64,000 bases of DNA from an uncultured Fibrobacterota bacterium. Lineage in GTDB: Bacteria; Fibrobacterota; Chitinivibrionia; Chitinivibrionales; FEN-1185. Position 1 is the stretch's first letter; each line of letters starts with the position of its first letter. Below the pieces are notes generated by a model, which was not told where the DNA came from, made no database searches, and was given only the letters and a program-made list of their open reading frames with translations. The position numbers were made by a program, and so were the translations under genes. Location of the stretch: contig CAVWBU010000036.1 in NCBI GenBank assembly GCA_963753345.1, positions 5,599-69,598 of the forward strand. The letters run 5' to 3'. Of this stretch, positions 51,332 to 59,155 are shown one piece after another.

Positions 51332-52282
51332 ATGAGCGATTATCTTGAATTTGAAAAGTCGATTGCCGAGATGGAGAAAATGATCGAGAAGCTCAAATCG
51401 ATCTCTCCCGACGAGAATCATTACAGCGACGAAATCGCCGAGCTTGAGAAAAAATGCCTCCACCAGAAGCAGGAGCTATACTCCAGCCTCACACCCTGGC
51501 AGACGGTCCAGATCGCAAGGCATCCAAAGCGTCCCGTGCTGCAGGATTACATTTCGCTTATTTTTTCAGATTTCATCGAGCTTCACGGGGACCGCTGTTT
51601 CGGCGACGACCAGGCGCTCATCGGCGGGTTCGCCACCATCGGCAAGCGCCGGGTGATGCTTGTCGGCCACAACAAGGGCAAGAACGTCGACGAAAACGTA
51701 TTGCGCAATTTCGGCCAAGCAAAGCCCGAGGGATATCGCAAGGCGCTCCGTCTCATGAGGCTTGCCGAGAAGTTCAATCTGCCCATACTTTGCTTTATCG
51801 ACACGCAGGGCGCGTATCCAGGCGTCGACGCCGAAGAGCGCGGTCAGCCCGAAGCCATTGCCACCAACCTCACCGAAATGGCGCGTCTCGAAGTGCCCAT
51901 AATAGCCGTGGTCACCGGCGAAGGCGGCAGCGGCGGCGCGCTTGCCATCGGCGTGGGTGATTCGGTGCTCATGCTGTCGCATGCGGTGTATTCGGTGATT
52001 TCTCCCGAAGGGTGCGCATCCATTTTATGGCGCGATGCGTCATTTTCGCCCCAGGCCGCCGAGGCGATGAAGCCCACGGCCCAGTCGCTTCTGTCGCTGG
52101 GCGTGATAGACGAGATAATTCCTGAGCCCCTTGGAGGCGCCCACCGTAACCACGAACAGACCGGCCAGGAAATCAAGCGCGTGCTTCTCAAGCACCTCAA
52201 GAAACTGTGCGCCCAGTCTGCGTCGAGACTGGTGAGACACAGGTTCGAGAAATATTCAGCGATGGGATTGTTTGCAGATTAG
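51332..52282 (+). CDS. accA: Acetyl-CoA carboxylase carboxyltransferase alpha
   Basis: ARHPKRP, ELHGDR, PEGYRKALRLM, GEGGSGGALA, YSVISPEGCASILW. Confidence 0.97.
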   Translation: MSDYLEFEKSIAEMEKMIEKLKSISPDENHYSDEIAELEKKCLHQKQELYSSLTPWQTVQIARHPKRPVLQDYISLIFSDFIELHGDRCFGDDQALIGGFATIGKRRVMLVGHNKGKNVDENVLRNFGQAKPEGYRKALRLMRLAEKFNLPILCFIDTQGAYPGVDAEERGQPEAIATNLTEMARLEVPIIAVVTGEGGSGGALAIGVGDSVLMLSHAVYSVISPEGCASILWRDASFSPQAAEAMKPTAQSLLSLGVIDEIIPEPLGGAHRNHEQTGQEIKRVLLKHLKKLCAQSASRLVRHRFEKYSAMGLFAD

Positions 52283-52311
52283 GTGCGCGTTTTTATGATC
52301 TGACCGCAAAA

Positions 52312-52339
52312 TCACCACAGAGACACAGAGGCCACAGAG
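52312..52339. repeat. Dispersed short repeat (counterpart of 4279-4306)
   Basis: tcaccacagagacacagaggccacagag. Confidence 0.6.
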
Positions 52340-52481
52340 AAAACGAGAGCGAGAATCAAGAATGAAATTCACCAGGTGCACCGTTTTTTCAAGGCTTTCA
52401 ACTTCCAACTCTCAACTTTGAACTCTTCTTCTCTCCACGGGGTGAAAGTATTTTAGTTTTTCAAACCAACAGGATACAACC

Positions 52482-54473
52482 ATGGCCGCCATAAAAAAAC
52501 TGACCATAGAAAACAAACTCCACAAGATCCCGCTGCGCATCACCGACACCACGCTGCGCGACGCGCACCAGTCGCTGTGGGCCACCCGCATGCGCACCGC
52601 GGATATCGAAAAAATCATCGACGTCATCGACAACGTCGGCTATTATTCGCTGGAATGCTGGGGCGGCGCGACGTTCGACGTGTGCCTCCGTTTTCTCCGC
52701 GAGAACCCGTGGGAGCGTCTGAGGCTCATCAAGTCGAAGGCGAAGAAGACGCCGCTGCAGATGCTTCTGCGGGGGCAGAACCTTGTGGGATACCGCAACT
52801 ACGCCGACGACGTCGTCGACCGGTTCGTGGCCCTTGCCTGCGAAAACGGCATGGATATCTTCCGCGTGTTCGACGCGCTTAACGACACGCGCAACATCGA
52901 AGCAGCAGTGAGGGCGGTCAAGAAACACGGCGGTCACGCGCAGGGGACGCTGTGCTACACCATAAGCCCGGTGCACACCATCAAGAAATTCGTGTCGTAC
53001 GCGCGCGAGCAGAAACAGCTCGGCGTGGATTCGATTTGCATCAAGGACATGGCGGGAATTCTTTCGCCCATCATGGCCGAGCGGCTCGTGAGCGCGCTTA
53101 TCAAGGAGCTTGAAATACCCATCCAGCTCCATTGCCATGCCAGTTCCGGCATGGCGATCTCCAGCTACGTTGAAGGCGTCCGCGCCGGCGCGGGCGCGAT
53201 CGACTGCGCCATTGCCGCAATGGCCGGAACCAGCAGCCAACCGCCTGTTGAGACCATGGCCGCCATTTTTTCGGAGACCGACTATCACGCCGATCTCAAC
53301 CGTGATGCCATGCTCCGCGTGCACCGGTACTTTGCCGACCTGTACGCTCAGCGCAACACCGACACGTCGCTCGTGTTCTGCATCGACCCCCAGATCCTCA
53401 TCCACCAGATCCCGGGCGGCATGATCTCGAACTTCCGCTCCCAGCTCGCGAAGCAGAATGCGCTTGACAAACTGGAGGACGCGCTCACGGAAGTCACGCG
53501 CGTGCGCGAGGACCTCGGATGGCCGCCGCTCGTGACGCCCACGAGCCAGATCGTGGGGACACAGGCGGTGATGAACGTGCTTTCCGGCGAGCGATACAAG
53601 ATCGTCCCCAACGAGGTGAAGGACTATTTCCGCGGCCTGTACGGCCGCGCGCCGGCAAACGTGAACCCGGAACTGGCAAAGAAGATCCTCGGCGACGAGA
53701 AGCCCATCACCGTGCGGCCCGGCGACACCATCGCTCCCATGCTGCCCAAGGCGACCGAGGGAATAGATCCCAAGTACATCAAGAACGAGGAAGACATTAT
53801 TTCGTACTGCATTCTTCCCGAGCCGAGCCTTGAGTATTTCAAGTGGCGCGACATGCCGCCGGACAAGCGTCCCGAAACGCCGGCGGACCTGGAGCTTAAG
53901 AAACTGAGCGCTGCCGCAGAAAAGAAAACCGCGGTGACAACGGAGAAGAAAGAGGAGGCTCCTTTCCTCGACCAGATACTGCACCCCGAAGATTACCGCG
54001 GACTCGGCGAACTCCTCAACAGGGCCGGAGGGCTTCGGCTTGACGAATTGACAGTTAAGAAAGGCGATTTTTCCCTGTCGCTCAGATCGGACACCACGAG
54101 AATGCCTGTAATTCCCAAACCGGTTCCAACTGCCGCTCCCGGGGAGGCTTCTACAAAAAAAGAGGGCAAACCGGCAGAAGCCGGACCCGCGGCCGCAAAG
54201 GAAGAAAAGAGCGCGCCGATCCCAACGGTTGGACCGTCGATCAAGGCGCCTCTGGTCGGCGCGTTCTATTCCACGTCCGGACCGGGCAAGCCGAAGCTTG
54301 TGAACGTGGGAGACGTGGTGGAGGCCGGGACCAAGGTGTGCATCGTGGAGGCCATGAAGCTGTTCAACGAGATAGTTGCCCCTGTCAGGTGCAAGATCCT
54401 TCAGTTCCTCGTGGAGGACGGGACCACGGTGGAAAAGAACCAGCCGCTGATTGCCATAGAAGAATTAAAGTAA
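52482..54473 (+). CDS. Pyruvate/oxaloacetate carboxyltransferase (PycB/OadA/transcarboxylase 5S-like) fused to AccB-type biotin carboxyl carrier
   Basis: LRDAHQSL, ECWGGATFD, QMLLRGQN, IKDMAG, HCH, PGGMISN, PPLVTPTSQIVG; C-terminal APLVGAFYSTSGPGKPKLV...EAMKLFNEI. Confidence 0.9.
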   Translation: MAAIKKLTIENKLHKIPLRITDTTLRDAHQSLWATRMRTADIEKIIDVIDNVGYYSLECWGGATFDVCLRFLRENPWERLRLIKSKAKKTPLQMLLRGQNLVGYRNYADDVVDRFVALACENGMDIFRVFDALNDTRNIEAAVRAVKKHGGHAQGTLCYTISPVHTIKKFVSYAREQKQLGVDSICIKDMAGILSPIMAERLVSALIKELEIPIQLHCHASSGMAISSYVEGVRAGAGAIDCAIAAMAGTSSQPPVETMAAIFSETDYHADLNRDAMLRVHRYFADLYAQRNTDTSLVFCIDPQILIHQIPGGMISNFRSQLAKQNALDKLEDALTEVTRVREDLGWPPLVTPTSQIVGTQAVMNVLSGERYKIVPNEVKDYFRGLYGRAPANVNPELAKKILGDEKPITVRPGDTIAPMLPKATEGIDPKYIKNEEDIISYCILPEPSLEYFKWRDMPPDKRPETPADLELKKLSAAAEKKTAVTTEKKEEAPFLDQILHPEDYRGLGELLNRAGGLRLDELTVKKGDFSLSLRSDTTRMPVIPKPVPTAAPGEASTKKEGKPAEAGPAAAKEEKSAPIPTVGPSIKAPLVGAFYSTSGPGKPKLVNVGDVVEAGTKVCIVEAMKLFNEIVAPVRCKILQFLVEDGTTVEKNQPLIAIEELK

Positions 54474-54496
54474 GACTACGAAAAAGATGGGCGTTC

Positions 54497-54544
54497 CCCC
54501 GGCTGTGCAGAGGCGTAGCGCGCTACGCCTCTGCACAGCCGGGG
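54497..54544. repeat. Perfect 48-bp palindrome within a REP-like composite (to ~54660)
   Basis: ccccggctgtgcagaggcgtagcg|cgctacgcctctgcacagccgggg. Confidence 0.85.
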
Positions 54545-54730
54545 TCGGTCTCCCTACGGGCTCGGCTATTCGCCTCGTTGCCGGACCGCCCCTAGTCGCC
54601 TTCGGCGAGGGGTCGGCCGGCAATGCGCTCTGGCGCACCCTCCGGTCCCCCTAACGCGGCGGCAACGGAATTCATTTCAGTCAATTACTTCTTCTTGCGC
54701 CAATTGGTATCCACCTAGTCAACGTTATTT

Positions 54731-54764
54731 CTTCTCAACTCCTCAACTTCTCAACCTCTCAACT
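54731..54764. repeat. 8-mer tandem repeat (inverted copy of 6190-6214)
   Basis: cttctcaactcctcaacttctcaacctctcaact. Confidence 0.7.
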
Positions 54765-55168
54765 AATCTTCTTGGTGCCCCCGCGACCAAGGTTTCTTTC
54801 TTGCAAATTTACTCTCTAGGGGGCTACCCAAGAGAGGAAAGCGCCCGCCCAACAGGAAGGGCGGAAAGCGCTGCCGAGGACCGCGAAGAGGGCCGAGGCC
54901 GGGGGAGACGACCCTTGGAAGTATGCCCCTTCGGGCATCCCTGAAGAGGGACCCGACGGGGTATACCTCTCCCCCGACAAATCTTTTGATGTAATAGCAA
55001 CCCTGCCTGCCGGAATTGTTGATTTTTCGCCCCCGACAGAGTAATTTTTAAGCGTTTTAGGGGGGTAATCAAATCCTCGATTTGTGGGACGGCGCAACCA
55101 GACGTAAATGATTGCGGCGGTATGTGTTGACTACTGCGACATCACATGAGTCGGAAGCCTGGAAAACC

Positions 55169-57140
55169 ATGATATCGTCATCAATAAAAACTCGGGTGGG
55201 GCTGCGCCGGGGTGTCGGCAAGAATGCAGAGCCTTCAGTCACCCAACGAACTTGTACCGCTCTGGCTTTTTTCCTTCTCGCTGCGGCGCTGTTTGCCGGC
55301 AGCAGTGCGCAATCTCCCGACGAGCCCATCATAACTCCTTTTGGCCAGACGGGGCTCAAGTACACCGAAAGCGCGAAAACGCTCGGCGCCGGGAGGCTGG
55401 TTTTTTCGGCGTTCGGCGATATGAGCCTTGACGCTTCGGAAATAGATTATGTCAATATCAACAACCTCAGCGTCGACCGAGGACTAACGCCCAAAAGCAA
55501 CCAGTACTCCCTTATGCCCGCGTTGGGGTTGGGCATTACCCGCATCCTGGATTTTTCCGCCGCCCTTCCATTGAACATCGACTGGACGTCACGGTACGCG
55601 GATACAATTTTCGGTCATGTGGAAGGTTACGGAGGTCTGCAGGGCGGCATCGGCGATCTGGAAATGAAGCTCAAACTGCAGGTGCCTCCGCGCAACGGCC
55701 CGCGTGTTGTCGATATGGCGCTGCTGGCGGGAATGAGCGTGCCCACGGGCAGCAAGACACAGGGATTTTTTCCCCGCCACACTTACTACCTTCTTAAGGA
55801 TTCCTTGTTGACGAACACGCCCAGCGGCGACACCGCGCAGGCCATTTCGGAATATTATTCGTCGGGCGCCGTGGAAACCGAAGGGAAAATCATCCTTACC
55901 TTCAACTGCTGGGAACACGGCGCCGTGATTCCGCTCCAATTGCATCTCAATCTCGGGACCCGGCTCATTTTGGCGCGCGGATTCGATGAAGTCATCCTTT
56001 TTGATGCCGCAGCCGAATACAGGCCCGCGCCGTGGTTTTCACTGTATGCGGAATTGAGCGCGGAACCGAGGCTGGGCAGCATCACAAACGGATTCAAAAT
56101 CGGCGAACGACCCGCTCAGGATTTCTCCGGGTTTCACCATGCACCTCCCGGAAGGCATGTTTATCTCGTTGGGCGGCGACTGGGGACTTTCCTCGCACGA
56201 TCCCATCACCTACGAAAAGGACGGCTCCTTCACCGAGGCGCGGCTGCAGCCCGATTGGATGGTGAGCGTGGCGGTGGGATGGACCGGGTTCCTTTACAAG
56301 GTTGAACCCGGGAAGAAAGTGGTAAAGAGCGGCGACAGCGACAACGACGGAATCCCGGATTCAATTGACAAATGCCCCATGGTTCCCGAGGACTGGGACG
56401 GGTTTGAAGACCAGGACGGGTGTCCGGATTACGACAACGACAAGGACGGCATCGCCGACTCCGTCGACGAGTGCCCCGACGATCCCGAGGATTACGACGG
56501 GTTCAAGGACAAGGACGGATGTCCGGACCCGGACAACGATAGGGACGGCATCTGCGATCCTTGGGTCGCCGACCAGCACCGCGAGGACCAGTATGCAAAG
56601 ATCTGCACGGGCGTTGACAAATGCCCCAACCTGCCTGAGGATTTCGACGGGTTTGAAGACCAGGACGGTTGCCCGGACTACGACAACGACCTTGACGGCG
56701 TTCCCGACAGCCTCGACAGGTGCCCCAACGAACCCGGCCCTGCCGACAACCAGGGATGCCCCAAGCCAGTGGAGGCTCCGAAGGTAAAAGAGATCAAACA
56801 CGGCAGGCTTATTCTCAAAGGCGTCGAATTCAAGGGAACCTCCGCCGATCTTACGGCAGAGTCCTTTCAGAAACTCGACGACGTTTTCGAATCGCTCAAA
56901 GCGTATCCGGGAACAAAGATTGAGATTTGCGGTTACACCGACAACACCGGCAACCCGGCCGCCAACAAAAAGATTTCGCTGCGCCGCGCCGAAACCGTCC
57001 GGGCCTACCTTATTCTGCGCGGGATAGATTCCTCCCGCATCACCGCCGTAGGCAAGGGCCCGGAGGATCCGATCACCAACAATACGACCCCCGAGGGCCG
57101 CGCGTTCAACCGTCGTATCGAAATGAAGCGCATCGACTGA
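55169..57140 (+). CDS. OmpA-family protein: beta-barrel + TSP3 Ca-binding repeats + OmpA-C; apparent +1 frameshift near 56105
   Basis: ORFs 55112-56305 and 56139-57140 join as ...GFKIG[N]DPLRISPGFTMHL..., matching the paralog's DPLSLTPGIRI. DxDxDG repeats; GYTDN...NRRIE. Start uncertain. Confidence 0.82.
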
Positions 57141-57190
57141 CGCAGGGATTCGGTGCGGCCGCGATCGTTAGTACAACAGGGAACAATGCG

Positions 57191-59092
57191 ATGAACCTGG
57201 CCGGGAGAATCCGTTTGTGTTTCGTGTTGTGGTGGTGCGCCTGCGCCGCGTCGCACGCGACCGACAACACCGACGGCCTGGACGGCGTGGTGCGCGTCCA
57301 GTCGGCAAAGACCCTCGGCCGCGCGAAAATGAACGTGGGGCTGGGCGTGGAGTTCCAGCAGTCCTCCGATTATGTAAAGGGCCCCACCTGGGATATCACG
57401 CGTATTGAGCCCCACGACACGACATTGACAAACGTGATACAGGACCCGGCCAAGATCATTTCCGGCAATTTCTTCCTGTCCATGGGACTGCTTGATTTCT
57501 GGGACCTTGCCGCGTCCCTGCCGCTGTACTACGACTGGAGCGGGTTCGGGCCGTACGACGCCGGGCTCGGCGACGTCGAGGTGATCTCCAAGTTCATGAT
57601 GCCGCCGGTCTCGTTCAACAAGCTGTTCTACGAGGCTGTTATCATTGCGGCGACTCTCCCCACCGGCATGAAAGGCAACGGCCTCTTTCCGCGCCATCTG
57701 CACTTTGCCGCCGACGCCGACACCAATCCTGCCAAGGATTTCTACACGGTCGGCTACGCCACCGTGAAACCGATGCTGGCGCTCACTCTCGATCTTGGAA
57801 AGCGGCACGTGCCGCTGCAGATCCACGCCAATCTCGGCGGCGTTTTCGCGGAAGTCAACACGGAGAATACGGTCGTGGGCGGGCTGGCCGTTGAATACAC
57901 GCCGGCCGAATTCGTCACGCTTTTTGCCGAGATCACTGCGGAATCCCGCTGGAGCAACATTTCGTCCGGGTACGACATCCGGAAGGACCCGCTGTCGCTC
58001 ACTCCCGGGATAAGGATCAGCGCGCCCAACGGACTTTACTTCTTTTTGACCGGGGATTTCAGCCTTTCGTCGAAGGACGACCGGTACCGGTACAACTGGG
58101 ACAAAAAGGGATACAACTATTCCACCGGGATCCAGCCGGACTTCGGCGTGCAGTTCACGTTCGGATGGTCCGGGTTCGTGACAACGCAGGACCGGGACCA
58201 CGACGGCGTTCCCGACAACGTGGACCGCTGTCCCGACGATTCCGGGCCGGCGGCGAACAACGGCTGTCCCGACCCGGACAACGACAAGGACGGCGTCTGC
58301 GATCCGTGGGTCTCCCAGAAACACCAGGAAAGCAAGTACGCCGACGTGTGCAAAGGCATTGACAAATGTCCAACACAGCCCGAAGACATGGACGGGTTTC
58401 AGGACGAGGACGGCTGTCCCGACTTCGACAACGACGGCGACGGTAACCCCGATCTCAAGGACCAGTGCCCGAACGAACCCGAGGACTTTGACGGGTTTCA
58501 GGACGAGGACGGCTGCCCCGACCGCGACAACGACCACGACGGTATCCCCGATATTGTTGACAAATGCCCCAACGAGCCGGAAGACATCGACGGCTTCGAG
58601 GACGAGGACGGCTGTCCCGATTACGACAACGACCACGACGGCATTCCCGACCTCATGGACAAGTGCCCCAATGTTGCGGGCCCGGCCTCAAACAACGGCT
58701 GCCCCGATACCACGCCTCCTCCCAAGCCGCCAAGGAAGGAACCGGATTTTCCGAAACAGCAAGTACTGCGCGGCGTCACCTTCCAGGGAAGTACGGCCGA
58801 GCTCACGTTCGAATCCCTGCAATGGCTCGACGCCGTTGCCAGGACCATGAAGGAGTTTCCTGAGATCGAGATTGAAGTGCACTGCTATACCGACGGCTTG
58901 GGAAAATACGCGACGGTTATGCAGATCACCCAGATGCGCGCGGAGGCGGTGCGGCAGTACATCATCAATCAGGGCATAGACCCCGGCCGCGTGCGGGCCG
59001 TGGGATACGGGTCGGCAAGCCCCATTGCCGACAACAGGACCGCAGCGGGAAGGGCGCTCAACCGCAGAGTGGAAATCGTTCGCACCAGGTAA
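57191..59092 (+). CDS. OmpA-family protein with TSP3 repeats (paralog 2)
   Basis: Signal peptide, barrel, PEDxDGFxDEDGCPD repeats, RAEAVRQY...NRRVEI. Confidence 0.9.
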   Translation: MNLAGRIRLCFVLWWCACAASHATDNTDGLDGVVRVQSAKTLGRAKMNVGLGVEFQQSSDYVKGPTWDITRIEPHDTTLTNVIQDPAKIISGNFFLSMGLLDFWDLAASLPLYYDWSGFGPYDAGLGDVEVISKFMMPPVSFNKLFYEAVIIAATLPTGMKGNGLFPRHLHFAADADTNPAKDFYTVGYATVKPMLALTLDLGKRHVPLQIHANLGGVFAEVNTENTVVGGLAVEYTPAEFVTLFAEITAESRWSNISSGYDIRKDPLSLTPGIRISAPNGLYFFLTGDFSLSSKDDRYRYNWDKKGYNYSTGIQPDFGVQFTFGWSGFVTTQDRDHDGVPDNVDRCPDDSGPAANNGCPDPDNDKDGVCDPWVSQKHQESKYADVCKGIDKCPTQPEDMDGFQDEDGCPDFDNDGDGNPDLKDQCPNEPEDFDGFQDEDGCPDRDNDHDGIPDIVDKCPNEPEDIDGFEDEDGCPDYDNDHDGIPDLMDKCPNVAGPASNNGCPDTTPPPKPPRKEPDFPKQQVLRGVTFQGSTAELTFESLQWLDAVARTMKEFPEIEIEVHCYTDGLGKYATVMQITQMRAEAVRQYIINQGIDPGRVRAVGYGSASPIADNRTAAGRALNRRVEIVRTR

Positions 59093-59155
59093 ACTCTCGG
59101 GGGCCCGGTCCGCGCACCCTTGTCCCATTGCAACCCTACGGGATTGTTTCCCTTC

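Noticed and set aside
52482-54473. Na+-pumping oxaloacetate decarboxylase alpha subunit (oadA)
   Set aside because: No oadB/oadG adjacent, the carrier domain is AccB-type and the neighbours are accDA; not fully excluded without the whole genome.
54831-54890. RNase P-like (GAGGAAAG) or glycine riboswitch-like start
   Set aside because: Lacks the GAGGAAAGTCC continuation, the RNase P 3' motif and CTCTCAGG.
56330-58710. Regular DNA repeats suggesting a CRISPR array or VNTR
   Set aside because: They are in-frame TSP3 (DxDxDGxxD) coding repeats; no constant repeat/unique spacer pattern and no cas genes.
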